A DNA stretch of 64,000 nucleotides. Source: Octopus vulgaris. Taxonomy: Eukaryota. The stretch lies in NCBI GenBank assembly GCA_951406725.2, contig OX597815.1:128836001-128900000 (forward strand), given 5' to 3'. Under the pieces are notes generated by a model. That model saw only the letters and a program-made list of their open reading frames with translations. It did not search any database and was not told where the DNA came from. The position numbers were made by a program, and so were the translations under genes. How positions within the stretch are numbered: the first letter of the stretch is position 1; each line of letters begins with the position of its first letter. Below, piece by piece: positions 40,885-55,118 of this stretch.

Positions 40885-41113
40885 CTAACCCTTTTGTTAC
40901 TGGATTTATTTTGAGATGCTCTGTGTTTTTTTCAATTAATTTTAAATATAACGATTAATTTAGTAAAATAACTTAGTTATCATTCAGCTAGTGTTAGGAA
41001 CATAAATTGCGACTAAGATTTGGTGGAAAATTTTAATTCAAAATTTATGAAAACAAGACATTTGTACTCAGAGCCAGAACCGGTTTCAGCCAGGTTGGTA
41101 ATGAAAAGGTTAA
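40885..41113 (+). mobile_element. piggyBac-type MITE family 2 (also about 2180-2404, 9061-9263, and inverted at 27025-27230, 47385-47570, 48947-49170)
   Basis: Termini (t/c)taa-cccttttgttac ... ggta(a/t)..aaaagg-ttaa. The internal string ttcaattaattttgaaaata..gaacataaatt is shared by six copies. Confidence 0.6.
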
Positions 41114-41336
41114 TATATGTGTGTGTATATGTATATATGCACATAAGAATAGGGAATCTGATAACAATCAAAGATGAGATGAGCGATTGAATTTGTAAAA
41201 CAGTCATCCATTTTTATTCTTTTCAGCATTTTTAAACCCATAAAATTATTAATAAAACATCTCAGAGTCTTAGACAAGCATTTTTATTGCAACTCTTACA
41301 GAAAATGTTCCTGTGAATTGTTCTAATGCTATTCTT

Positions 41337-41517
41337 AGTCTCTCAAACATTTTATTTTGTTTCACAATTGGCAATCTTAAATTCAACAAACCTTTCGTTG
41401 TTTCTAGATTATTTAATGAATAATAGTAAGATCTGTAGTAGACGTGAAATAAAATATAAATGCAAGTTTCTCAAAGATCTTGTACACATAAAGTCACCAA
41501 TAACCTAGATTTACTCA

Positions 41518-41548
<31 letters not shown>

Positions 41549-42060
41549 ATATATATATACAGACACCCCAGGCATTCTAGCACACCTAGATATGTGATGA
41601 CTGAGTTACAAGAAATAAGTGGGCCTTGCTAACAAAAAGACAATACATATCCTCCAAAACTAAACAGATGATAAGGACAACTACAATCTAGATATTTATA
41701 TAACATTATTTCCAGTCTCTCAAGCATTTTCTTTGTTTCACAATTGACAACCCCAGATTCAACAAACCCTTTGTTGATTTTTGGTAATTTGATAAATAAT
41801 GGCTAGATTTGTAATAGACATGAATTAATAAGATATAATTACAAGTCTCTGAAATATGTTTTTCTGCCCACAATATCACCAGTAACCCAGAATTACTCCC
41901 ACACTATATATATATATATATATATCCAAGGCATTCCAGCATACTTAGATATGTGATGACCGGGTTACAAGAAATACGTAGGCTTTGCTGACAAAAAGAC
42001 AATATATGTCCTCCAAAACTATTCATGATGATAAGGAGAACAACAATCGAGATATCTATG
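41337..42060. repeat. Diverged tandem duplication, unit about 380 bp with a central microsatellite
   Basis: 41337-41710 versus 41715-42060 share blocks such as acaaaaagacaata.at.tcctccaaaacta. Confidence 0.88.
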
Positions 42061-42333
42061 CAAATGATATTCATCATCAACATTTTAATGTCCATGTTGC
42101 ATGGGTCAGATGAAATTTGTTGAGGCAGATTTTCCCTCCTGTTGCTATCCCTCATCTGTTTACATGATTTTATGGAAGATTAGAAAAGAAGGGTATCACC
42201 TTTGCCTGTATGATGATGACACTTGCTTATATTGTGGAATATCAAGACAAAAAGGCACTACACACATATCTGTCTGTCTGTCTGTCTGTTGTCTCTATCT
42301 CTCTCTCCCCCTCCATATATATATATATATATA

Positions 42334-42552
42334 TTTTACTCTTTTGCTTGTTTCAGTCATTTGACTGCAGCCTTGCTGAAACACTGCCTTTAGTTGAACT
42401 AATCAAACTTAGGACTTAGTCTTTGTAAGCCTAGTACTTATTCTATCAGTTTCTTTTGCCAAACCACTAAGTTACGGGGATGTAAACAAACCAACATTGG
42501 TTGTCAAGAAATGGTGGGGTAGACAAACACAGACACACAAATACATACATAA

Positions 42553-42588
<36 letters not shown>

Positions 42589-42742
42589 GACTGACTTCTT
42601 TCAGTTTCCATCTACCAAATCCACTCACAAGGCTTTTGTTATCCCGAGGCTATAGTTGAAGACACTTGCCCAAGGTGCCATGTAGTGGGACTGAACCCGG
42701 AACTGTGTGATTGGGAAGCAAACTTCTTACCACATAGCCACA
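42334..42742 (-). mobile_element. SINE family A
   Basis: Reverse complement of family A. Confidence 0.8.
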
Positions 42743-42768
42743 TATAAATATATATATATACACACACA

Positions 42769-42825
<57 letters not shown>

Positions 42826-43752
42826 GCATGTATATGTATATATATATGATGGTCTTCTTTAAGTTTCTGTCAACCAGGCACCCACACATAAGGCATTGAA
42901 CTATAAGAGAAGAACAATTGCTCAAGTTGCCATACAGTAAGACTGTGTCTGTACGAAATGTTTATGTACATATGGTTATATATATATAAGGTGTGTTTGT
43001 AAACAGCAGGCAAATTAGAGTACCTAAAATGAGATAGTTTTGATCAAACTCTTAGAAACTTAGGATTCACTAATGAAACAACACAAGAGAAAGATATTTT
43101 AGAATGTTTATGGGCCAAGTAAAATCACTATCTTCCACATGTACATGCTTGTCCTTTCAGATGCCAATGCCACTTAAAAAGCACCCATGTCAGTGCAGCA
43201 TTAATGCACTCATACCGGTAGAGCAGTTAAAGCACTCAACACACTCTGTTAAGTGGTTGGAATTAGGAAGGACATCAACCCTGCTAGCCAGGTTTGGACG
43301 TTAAATGATGACGATGGTAATGATGGGTGTTTAAGAAGATGGTTCAGTATATGATGTCAGCATGTAAAATGCAGTGTAATATTGATGATGATGATGATGA
43401 TGTAGAGGAGAGGGGAGGAGGAAGAGGAGGATAATGATGATTATACAATGATAACAGCTACAATGACGATGACTACAATGATGACGATGATGTTGAAGAT
43501 GATAATTTTGTTGATTATGGGAGATGTTAATGATGATGATGATTAAATACAGTGATGGCAATGGGGATGGTTATGATGGAAATGAGAACAATGCTGATAA
43601 GATCAATGATAATAAAGAGGACAAAAATGATGGCAATGATTATGATCATGACAATGGCAGTGGTGGTGGTTTTGATGATGACGATGATGATGCTAGACAA
43701 ACTTAACATAAATAGGCCGTAATCTCTATACTGAGCATATACATATATATAT

Positions 43753-43809
<57 letters not shown>

Positions 43810-44375
43810 TACACACACTATATATATAACATTAAGTTTTCTTTGCATATATGTTTTTATTTTTTTCATTTGGCATAGATAAACCACTGATTGTTTTTAT
43901 CCATCAACCCCAACCTCAAATCCTAACCCTAGCCACCACAACCATCACTAGCACCACCACCACCACAGCCACTCCTGGGCCTTCTGTTCTTTATTGAAAC
44001 AATAAGACTGTGAGTCAGCTATTTTGAATAGGAAGGATAGTGGAAGAGGAAGTTGCCATTCCAGTAAGACACCAAAATGTGTGTAAGACTACATAATGTT
44101 ATTAATCTCTTCACATAAATGAGCACGAGTATTTATTAAGTAGCAATAGAACCATTGTCTAATGGCTAATAATATACAAACATATGCTTGCAGAGACATA
44201 CATATGTATACCATACTTACATGCTATATTTATACATAGATGTAGGTGTGAGTGTGAAATCATGCGTATATGTATGCGTTAGTGTATGTATATATAGACA
44301 TATATGTACACAACACAGATATGTATCTATATAAACATATATGTATATTATGTATATATGAAAACAATAGTATGC

Positions 44376-44408
<33 letters not shown>

Positions 44409-44921
44409 ACATGTGTCCATTAACACTGATTCATTTTTTTTTCAACATTATTACACAATTAGTAAATTGATTTCCTTTTCTCAAAGGAAATACTGTTTGT
44501 ATGTTTACACATACACAGACACATCTACATACATATACTTGTATGTATATATATCATTGTATACTAGCGTGTATATCAGTATATGTATATATATGTATAT
44601 AACTATATATATAACCATATTCACCATTTTTATCAATAAATGTAGGTTGAGTAGATTTGCAAAATTTTGTTTCCTTACCTGGGCTTTGTCATTAAAGTAA
44701 TCACAATTAATGTACTGAGAGATTTAACTGCTCTGCTAGTTTTGCTATAAAACGAAACTAAACTACAGAATAACTTCTTAAGATTTTTCAAGCCCCTACC
44801 AAACCTTTGTTCAATAAGACTTTTCTTAATACTATTGCTACATTATAAAGAAACATTCTGCAGTGTAGTATTTTGAACAAAAGTACCATTTGTTTTATTT
44901 TTCCATCATTATTTTAACATC

Positions 44922-45233
44922 TGTGGAGGCGCAATGGCCCAGTGGTTAGGGCAGCGGACTAACGGTTGTAGGATCGTGGTTTCAATTCCCAGACCAGGTG
45001 TTGTGAGTGTTTATTGAGCGGAAACACCTAAAGCTCCACAAGGCTCCAGCAGGGGATGGTGGCAAGCCCTGCTGTACTCTTTCACCACAATTTTCTCTCA
45101 CTCTTTCTTCTGTTGGCCTGCTTGCTTAGCCAGAGGGGTGGCGTCATTTGAAGGCTAAAACAATGCAAAGCGCATTGTGACCAGCGATGTGTGGCAACAT
45201 CTGATAGCCTGGTCAGTCACGGTGATCACAGTG
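44922..45233 (+). mobile_element. tRNA-derived SINE family C with an 11-bp TSD
   Basis: A box tggcccagtgg and B box ggtttcaattccc. TSD attttaacatc at 44911-44921 and 45234-45244. Confidence 0.85.
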
Positions 45234-48014
45234 ATTTTAACATCCACTTTCCATGCTTGTCAGACAAAATTCCTTTATGATAGATTTTCAACAGCTTCAT
45301 GTCCTTCTCATTGCCAACCATCTCCTGTCTTGAAGCAAAGTAACCTTCCTCATGGCCATGTATGTTTTCTCAGAAGATGAAAATAAACTATTTAGCTTGT
45401 ATTATGTTGATGCTTGTTTACAACTATCACATGATGTTAAGACAAGGAACCTCAAACATACAAGGACATCATAACTAACAGAATATAAGTGATGCCTTAC
45501 TGACAATAATATTGCTTTAACCCTTTACCATTCAGATTACTCTGTCAAATGTAATGCTTTTTCATTCACATTGTTTTTAATTAATCATGTATTATCTCAC
45601 AGCTTAGAAATTTTGACAATTGATCCTTAATATATAGAATGGCATTGAAGGATAGGTACAATAGACTGGATCTGGCTGGTTAGAACATAAAACAGGTAGC
45701 TTGGATATGGCCAGTTTAAATGCTAACTGGTTAAAAAAAGTTCTTAGGATCAAGATACTACTGGTGTATTATCTACAAGAGATCTCTGATAGACCTGGCA
45801 TCATAGAAACAATACTGGTTGTTGATGAGGAGAAGAAAGTGACTAAAGATGAAGAAAAAACTGATTATTTGCTGTTGCATGTCTCACTTTTGAGATATTG
45901 GAAGTGAGGATGATATGGCAGTAGTTGGCAGGTCTTAGTTGTTTATCTTCTTTGGACAGTATTATGAATATAAGCAATATATATTTAGGAATATAAGCTT
46001 TTTAAATGTGTAAAATGGTTTTAACTCTTTAGAATTTGAATTACTCTGTCAAATGTAATGCTTATTTGTTCACATTGTTTTGAATTAATCATGCTTTATC
46101 TCATCGCAACAAGGTTATGATAATGTGATTGCTAATTTTTGGAAATACATTGTAGGATGAGTGTGAGAGGCCAAATTTGGCCCATTTGACATAAAACTAG
46201 TAGAATATTTGGCCCAGATACAGTCAGTTTTAATAGTAAAAGGTTAACTGAAAATGAAAGCAATGCTGTATACTTGGCTCTTCAATAAAACAAAGCAACA
46301 ATGTATTGATATATTCAGTGAGTGGTGATGGTAGTGGTGGAGGTGACAGTGGTGGTAGCAGCAGCAGAAGTAGTAGTAGAAGTAGAGGTAACAGCAGTTC
46401 CACATCATTGCTTGTCACATAGATTTGTAGCAACAACAACAGTTTCTTTTGTTGTTTTTGTTTTAAACATTTGCTACCAATACTACAGTAATGATATATA
46501 TCTTTATTCTGTCTATAACAGACACATCACAATAATTGAGTTAAAAACGTGTAAGCTTCACAGATTGAAAAATACTCCAGGGTTCAGATCTTGTTACAGA
46601 ATATGAATCCAGGAGGATTCCCAACAAACAGCAGAAAAAGAAGGGAGGGAAAAAGCAAAAGAGAACAATGCAATGGTAAAGACTAACTGGAAATTGAAAC
46701 AGTTTTGTTAGTTTACAGAGCTGAGATTGTGAAGCTTCTTAAATGAGGAAATAATTAAATAATTTGATCAAACTTTAATTTGTTCATTGATCACCAACTC
46801 TAACATAATTCAATTTAATATCTTCCTCAAATCAACAAACATAAATTATTTATAAAAAGCTGGTTTTCTTTCTAATGGAATCATTGTTTATTTATTTCAT
46901 TTCATTTTTATTTTCATTTTTTAGAAAGCGTTGCAGTCCATTACTTTGATGTGAGAAGCAGGAATGAAATCTTAAGTAACTATCTGGCAAACATCTACAA
47001 ATGATTTAACAAGGTCATGTTTAAAGTTTTCACACAGAAGTCACAAAATCAATGTCATTATCTGGAATCTGGAAACAAAACAGCATGGAATCAGAGAAAT
47101 TTTTGTTGCCTTGTCACTGAGTTGAAAGCTGCCAAGAACAGTATAGACATATGTAGCAGAGTGAAAATGAGGCACTAACATGAAAAGAAAAAAGTAACTT
47201 CAGAAATATGAACTATACTAGATGTGTGTGTTTGTGTAGAGTGGGGGTGGGGGTCTTATAAGTCTATTTCAAGTCCACAGGATATAAACACCTAAATTGG
47301 TGAAGGATTAATATTTATTATTATTATTCAATGTACCAGTGAAATAAACAGTATAATTGCTTTTATCAACTGTATTCTTTAGCAATTTTGATACCAACCT
47401 GCTTGAGAATGCCCCTGATTCTATGGTACAGACTTATTTAAATTAAAATCTTCCATCAAAATTTTATGTAAATTTAAGTTCCAAGCACCAGCTTATTAGT
47501 GACAAAGTTATTTTGACAAATTCTTCAATATTTTCAAAATTAATTGAAAGAGGAGCAGTATATCTCAATGCAATTGACTTGAAAGGTTGAAAGGAAAATA
47601 GGAATTGTGGCTTTCATGCCTTTATCAATAGCATTGACAGCATAAGTGAAATAACAACAACTGGGTATGGAACCTGGGTGATAAGACATAGTCCATCATG
47701 AAGTTACCATTTACATGATATCATCTGCCTGCTCTGCATGAATGTCTATCAAAGACAGCAAGGAAATATATTTGAAATGGCTTGACCTGCAAGAAATAGC
47801 AGCTAAATCTCTCTCAAATCATACCATATCATCTTAAAAAGAAGGACATATTGGACAATGTAGTTCTAGATATAAAAACACATGTAATAATTAATTCAAG
47901 AATGCCTTTGATTATAGGTTTACTCAATGTTAGTTGACCTGGGTTTAAACAACAACAACTATTCAGGAACTATCCATTCCGGAGTAACTATGTGAATGCT
48001 GTAAGATAAAGTAG

Positions 48015-48346
48015 AGTAAAGACCCTCTTCAGTCATGAAAAACTATGGAATTGAACCTAGAAAGTTACCCCACAAGGCACAAGTCCGGGCAAGGTTATTT
48101 TATAGAAGACCAGCAGTCACCCATGCATGCCAGTCTCCTCTCTCCATGCTACTGATGTTATCCAAGAGAAAGGCAAAAGCCAATACAGTTTGACACCAGT
48201 GACGTTGCAACTCAATTCTATAGCTAAGTGAACTGGAAATAAAGTGTCTTGCTCAAGAACACAACACACAGCTCAGTCCAAGAATCGAACTCACTACCTC
48301 ATGATTGTGAGCCCATCACTCTAACCACTGAGCCATGTGCCTTCAT
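48015..48346 (-). mobile_element. tRNA-derived SINE with a conserved central-domain-like core (related copies 17787-17990 +, 39965-40100 +)
   Basis: Minus-strand head tggctcagtggttagag..gagttcgattc, followed by ttgtgttcttgagcaagacacttt..ccagttcact. Confidence 0.75.
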
Positions 48347-50292
48347 ATAGCTGTAAGATAGCCAAATAAATAAGTTCTTGTTTAACAGTAGGTCAGACCT
48401 GATTGAGCTGACTATGATCAAAAGTATCTCAGCCTGACCTTCATATTTTTTATTCGGACATAACATAACAAAGAATATATTATGTGATGTGTCTTTTCAA
48501 TTTTAAGAAAATAAATTATGATAGGAGAATATGTAACTGTTTCTTCTAGCATACTGTTCGACCACATAGACGCTCTTTTGTTGGCTTGCCAAGTCAATAA
48601 GTTATTGAGGTACCTGCCCAAGAGTCATGTGTTCAGATTTTGCAGTAAATGTTTTATTATGCTTCTAAGCTAAAAACTTAATTTAACTTTGACTCACTTC
48701 CCATAGATGTCAGGGAAAAATAGTGCCATTAGAAAAAAGGAAAAAAAAACCTCTCAACTTTCTATAATTCACATTATTTGATTTCAGAAGCTCACTTGAT
48801 AGAATTGGTCTTGTGGTTGGAGACCAATAAGCAAGTTGCCTAGAATAATTACCAGATCATCAGGGAATGTTACTATCAGAGAATGCAATCTCTCCAGAGA
48901 AGGCATCATTCACTTAAACACCATCTCCTCAAAACCTTCATTCCTGTAACCTTTTTGATACCAACCTGTGTGACACTGTTCTTGTTTCTATGATTCAAAT
49001 TTCCTGATTTAAATTTATATAAATTAAAAGTTGCTATCAAAACTTCATCTTAATTTGTTCTAAACACCAGCTTAAAATAACAAATTATTTTCCTAAATTT
49101 TTCAATATTTTCAAAATTAATTGAAACAAAGGGAATATATTTCAACATAGATATAGTAGGAAAAGGGCTAAGTGCACCACACCCATCCACCACCAAGAGC
49201 CTTATTATTAACCAAAGTGTAGGAGAATGATAGTAAGAAACTCTAAGGAGAGCTGAACAGCAGAAAGTGTTCAGACAAGAAATCCCTCCCCGCCACCACT
49301 CCATGTAATGTACTTTGGCCCTTAACTTCTTACACAGTAAGAAGGCTAGGCTGCATGTAGATCATTACTTCTGGATATCCCAAGCTGCCACTGTTGTGTT
49401 TTAATCTTCACCTTCTTGGATAGTCAAAGCCAAGTCACCCTGGATGTTGCAATAGTATATTTTCATCTTCAAAAGTTAACTACTCTTTGGGTGAATTGTC
49501 TCAAGAAATTACCTCAAATCCCATCAAAGACAAAATAAATACTTGACATTTACAGAGAGGATTGAGGCCAAACCAATCAGCTAAACACCCTCTTCTATGA
49601 AATTTATGGCTTTGTGTAGTAAACCATTATTATCAAATCAATTAATTTTAGTCTCCAATAAGTTTCTTCTTCAGAGTGCAGCTTACTTGATTTTGACATT
49701 GGTTCTGTCATATTGGCTTCCATAAATGACCTTTTCAGGAGACAGCTGAAGAGAATGGATAGAGATTAGCAAGACACTTAACTAATAAAGTCATCATATA
49801 ACATGTCGTGTATGTAATTGTGGCATATGACTATAGTAAATGTGTATTTACTGTACAGACTTTTAGAATAACATTTGATGATTGACACACAAACATCACA
49901 CACACACACGTTCACTATACCAAACTACTGCACCAAGGAAGGCAATTTCATGTCTGTATTAAATACCCACTACTGGCAACCTTCTTACTCCTAACCCTCT
50001 CTTTCAGGTCATTCATTATTGACACTCCTTGCAATTGCCCATCTCTACTGCCACCATACAATCCATTTCTGTTACTATCATCCATTACTCTCTCTTTCTC
50101 TCATATTACTCATTCTCATCAATCATTTTTGACTTTCTCTCTAACTTTCACTGCTCCTTCTATTAATCTTTCTTCTATTACATCACCAATTTGTTTATAC
50201 ATGTGTGTGTGTGCATAAAATATTATTCATATATGTAAATTAATTTTTCCTTGAATATTGATTTCTTTATGGCTTTTATTTAAATCCAACTG

Positions 50293-50350
<58 letters not shown>

Positions 50351-50941
50351 TAATTTATTTCAGTCTATACAGCCTTAATGTGAAACCCAATATTGCAAAC
50401 CTGATTAAAAAAACATTTTGCCATTGGAAACAAATATCTCAAACTATCTAACTTGCAAAACATAAAGGTAAGTTATAGTTGCCCAATCAATGAAAAAGGC
50501 ATTGTTGCTGGTAGTAGACACCCCAAACTTCCTAAGAAAACTAAGAACTCGGGAAACACTCCAAAGACATTTACCTGAAAAGTTCAGTAAAACTAGATCG
50601 TAAGTGAAATAACTGCAATTACCAAAATAAAAAATGAGTTACAAATCCATAGCAATGTATGCAAAGCTGAATTTCTACTACCTTAAGCTATGATCTCCAA
50701 CTCCAGAGGTGCACAACCCTATAAGTCATACATCACTTCTACACCAACAGAACTTATGATGCAAGCCTAGTAAAGGTTTCTCATCTAGGAAAACAGTAAC
50801 TCCAAATATGTCTGCTACAGGGTAGAAGGGACTTGCAAGTCCTACTTGCATGGGAAAACTTCTCAAGTACAAGTAACAAGATTAAAATTCACTGAAGACA
50901 TACAATACTGGATTAATCATTATGCAAAATAAGCATGTGCT

Positions 50942-51287
50942 CAGGGCAACAAGGGAAGAGGGGTACCAAAGAAATAATAAAAGGTTTACGGCACAAAACA
51001 AATCAGGTTAAACTTGCTAAGATAATATTCAGGATGCCTTATCCCTGCTAAGCATAGAAGTAGATGTGTTACATGAGATTAATTTAGAGGATCTGATCAA
51101 AAACTTTGCAGTTAGAAAAGGTGAAAGAAAACTTTTATTTTCCCTTTTACTGTTAGTTTTACTTAATTTTGAAAAATAAACTTTATTTTATGGTTTATTA
51201 TTTTTTATATTTTGAATTACATATGTATATGGGGACACCAAAATCTATTAAGTGCTTAGGGCCTCTCAAGTTCTTAATATGGCCCTG
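50942..51287 (+). mobile_element. Deleted hAT transposon derivative retaining the C-terminal dimerisation-domain end
   Basis: DALSLLSIEVDVLHEINLEDLIKNFAVRKGERKL at 51033-51140. Ends are cagggc... and ...ggccctg. No clear 8-bp target-site duplication (TSD). Confidence 0.55.
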
Positions 51288-52050
51288 AGTGAATATCTCT
51301 AAATTTTCTTCACATAGGACATCCTACTTTGTGCTAGTGGCAGAATTAAAATTCGCTGAAGACTTGCACAACACTAAAGTTTATCAGTTTTCTTTGTTGT
51401 TGCATGTGCAAGGTGATACAGACCATGAAGACCCAACCAATCTTTGCTGGCATGGCAAAACAGACAAAAAATGATAAGACATATGTACATACATATATTT
51501 ATAGATTTGTGCATAGAAATTTTTTCCTTGATAAACAAATGCACTCTAACACACTCTGTATACAAATATATACTTTATTTGCAAAAGACACACAGATACA
51601 CACATATAGATACATACATGCATACACAACTGACACCAGCACCTCCACAATCGTGATCACCTCACTAACATTGAAAAAACATACTAGATGCCATATATAA
51701 ACAACCTAATTTCTTTGAACCATTTTTTAAACTATTATGTGCTATGAAAGCCAACAGAATGAAACAAAAGAAGTTGAAGACTAAGAGAAAACACTACTTC
51801 AGGTTAAAAAGTAGCTCTTAAGTTCAGGTTTATCATTATCATCAGTCTATTGTTTATGTAAGACAAGGATTGTGGTTTGGCACTAGAAAGGTGAAGGAAG
51901 ACTAGATTACATACTTGACTAGTTGTTTAGTTGGTTTATACAATTATGGGTAAAGGGAAAAAAAGTCTGTCAACTGTGTTTAGAATTTTTGTCTTTCATT
52001 CTTTCTGTTATGTGTGTTTGTATGTAAATATGTGTATGTATGTATGTATG

Positions 52051-52084
<34 letters not shown>

Positions 52085-52146
52085 TGTGTTTGTATATATA
52101 TATGTGTGTGTATGTATGTATGTATGTAAATATGTGTATGTATATA

Positions 52147-52181
<35 letters not shown>

Positions 52182-52890
52182 GCATATGTGTTTACTATTC
52201 TTGATTGTTGTTTTAGAGTTTATTTTAATGGGCCACCTGCTCAGTAACAAGATTGTGAAGAAAATATATTTTTCTTTTAAGAAAAAGGTGCTTCTGATCT
52301 TTTCATAACCATTCACCCTTTAAATTTTAAAAAAGCTTTGCTTTAATCAAAGCATGTTTGTACATATTCTGTTGCTTCAAAGCTGAAAATGTATTTTAGC
52401 TCCTAGATTTCCAAATTCCTCACCAATGGCCCAAAGATGTATTCTATATTTTGTATTTTGCTTACAACAATGATGTCAAATGGGCAGCTGACCACATCAA
52501 TAGAGCATGTTATTTTTTTATTTCGAGGTCTCAGGTTTATTGTTCTTTAATTTAGCTGATGTTTTATACTTAGGTTCCATAACTACTCTTTTGATCCATC
52601 AGTCTCAATATGCTCATCTTTATTTGTTGTCAATTTTTCTTTCTTTGCCTCTCTATTCTAGTTTGTTTTGGTTACCACATCACGTCTCAAGGAAAGTAAG
52701 AATTGGAGCAGGTGGATAGGTAGGGGGGGGGGTCACCCTTTCACAGTTGTCAACAATGTACCTAGCATTGCCAATTTTGATTTTTCATAGTTTACATTTG
52801 TTATCATTTTATGCTTTCTATCTTATGCATAGAAGGTACTTGGTGAAGAGTTTTTGTACCAAAATTGCATATATGTATATGTACACATAC

Positions 52891-53563
52891 TTGTACAACA
52901 CAAGTACCATCTGAATCTTCTTGGTTAGTACCTAGTGACAGATCAAAGCGAAATGACCAGTTATCAAGTGAAACCACAAGTTTTACATCAGAGTGTCCTT
53001 TTCTAGACAACAGCTCGGGACATCTCACTCCTGCTGGTCTTACAATGCACTCTGATACCAACCACGAGTATTTCTGCATCCCCACACTCAGATTGATTGT
53101 CATTACATATGCTACCTAACTCATGGCTGAAACCTTGACAGGTACTACAACTCCAGGTTAGAATGTGTGTGCGTGTGTGTGTTGACCCGGGTATGACTTT
53201 AAACTGCATCCAGTAGTGGGGCTCTGGTTCAGGGGGTTCTGGGCTTAGAGGAGTATGTAACCACCTCTTAACCACTATTGTTCCCAGGTCCACTCTAACA
53301 TGGAGTTGTAGCACCTGTCAGGGTTAACTAGCATATGCGATAACAACCCATCTGAGTGTGGGGATGCAGAAATACTCTAGGTTGGTGTCAGAGTACACTG
53401 TAAGACCAGCAGGTGTGAGATGCCCCTAGGTGTTGCCACAGCATCCATCTCGGTGATGGACACTGATGTAAAACCTGCGGTTTCATATGATTATTAGTCA
53501 TCCTGTTTTGACTTGTCACTAGGTACTAATCAAGACGATTCAGATGGCATTTGTGTTGTACAA
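52891..53563. repeat. Long diverged inverted repeat (arms about 275 bp, spacer about 125 bp)
   Basis: 52891-53165 is the reverse complement of 53291-53563, e.g. gagtatttctgcatccccacactcagat / atctgagtgtggggatgcagaaatactc. Confidence 0.92.
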
Positions 53564-53841
53564 AAGTTTAACACTATAATCCAGTGACATACAGATGTCT
53601 CTTAATGGTGATCTCATTTGTCATTCCATCTACTGAAAGTCCCATGGTGATGGAAGATTGGAAACATGTGCAGACCTAATCTGTTGGAAGCACACAATAA
53701 GTTACAAGTTTTGTCAGTCACTTATGATTCAAATCATGCAGATTTGCAGCAAGGTTGAATAGTCATCTGAGATGTCATGGACAGAAATTCAGTAGTGTCA
53801 TTTAGAATGAGGAAGCACCAGACAATATAAAGATATATATA

Positions 53842-55118
53842 TTGGGTCATCCCATAAATAATGCTTTTTTTAAATACTTTTTTTATTTTTCAAAATTAAG
53901 ATAAACGAAGTTCTTTTTTAATCTAAAATATACTCTTCTTCATTTTCTAAAATGCTTTTCCATCTATCTGGTAGACATGCAGGGCCCCTCTTCCAAAATT
54001 CACTTGTCCGTGACAAAAAATACTCCACCAGTACTGTTCTGACCTCATCTACAGAATTCATATATTTTCCCTCCAAATGATTTTGAAGACTGCGGAACAA
54101 ATGATAATCCAGATAGAGCAATGTCCAGTGAATATGGTAGGTGGTGCATCATTTCCCATTCAAACTGCCCCAACCTTTGGAATATCATCCTTGCTGTATG
54201 TGGCCGAGCATTATCCTGATGGAAGAACACCTTTTGTCTTGAAACCAAAAATGATTGTTTTTCTTCTAACGCTGATATAAGCCACTAAAACTGCTTGCAG
54301 TAGATCTCCTTTGTTACCATTTGGTTTGGGTTTAAAAGTTCAAAGTGGACTAAACCTTTCATATCCCACCAAACAGATAACAACACCTTACGTGGGTGAA
54401 GACTTTCTTTAGCCTAGGATGCCAGTGTTACTCATTCCCTACCCACTCTCTTCAACATTTTTATAGAGAACCCATTTCTCATCACCAGTCACTATTCGGT
54501 CCCAAAAAAGCTCATTTGTGAGATGTGACAGCAAAGAAGAGCATACATTCACTCTCTGCATGCAATTTGACTCGGAAAGTTTGTGAGGAACCCATGGACT
54601 TGATTTGCAGACTTTTCCATTGGCACACAAGTGTCAATGAATGGTTGAAAGACCAAATTCAAGCTACTCTGCTAGTTCTTCAACAGTTACGATGAGATTT
54701 TGTTTCACCAGGGTTTGCAGGACATCCTTATTGAGCTCTACATATCTTCCAGGATAAGGCTCACCTTCTAGACTGTAGTTTCTGGCTTGGAATTTCTGGA
54801 ACCACTATTCACACTGGCTTACACTTATTGACCAATCCCCATATACTGCATTAATATTCCTTACACTTTCCATTGCATTGTTGCCTTTATTGAACTCATA
54901 AAGAAAAATGTGCTGAATATGCTCCTTTGTCAATTCCATTATAGTCTTAAAAAAATAACTGTTAAAATTGAACTACACTCTTCAAACCTTGCACTAAGAA
55001 TAAGGTCAAGGTAAAATTATTACCTGCTTTTACAGCAAGTTGATGCAGGTAGTTTATCCTGTCCCCCTCTGACTTTTAGTTCATGCAATTGAAAAAAACC
55101 CTGTATTTATGTGCTGAC

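Noticed and set aside
44925-45000. tRNA-like sequence as a true tRNA gene
   Set aside because: It has no proper acceptor stem and continues into a SINE body with a TSD. The same applies to the other SINE heads.
45780-45907. Protein-like + strand stretch EISDRPGIIETILVVDEEKKVTKDEEK
   Set aside because: There are no convincing splice sites or partner exons, and the ORF start lies inside a MITE.
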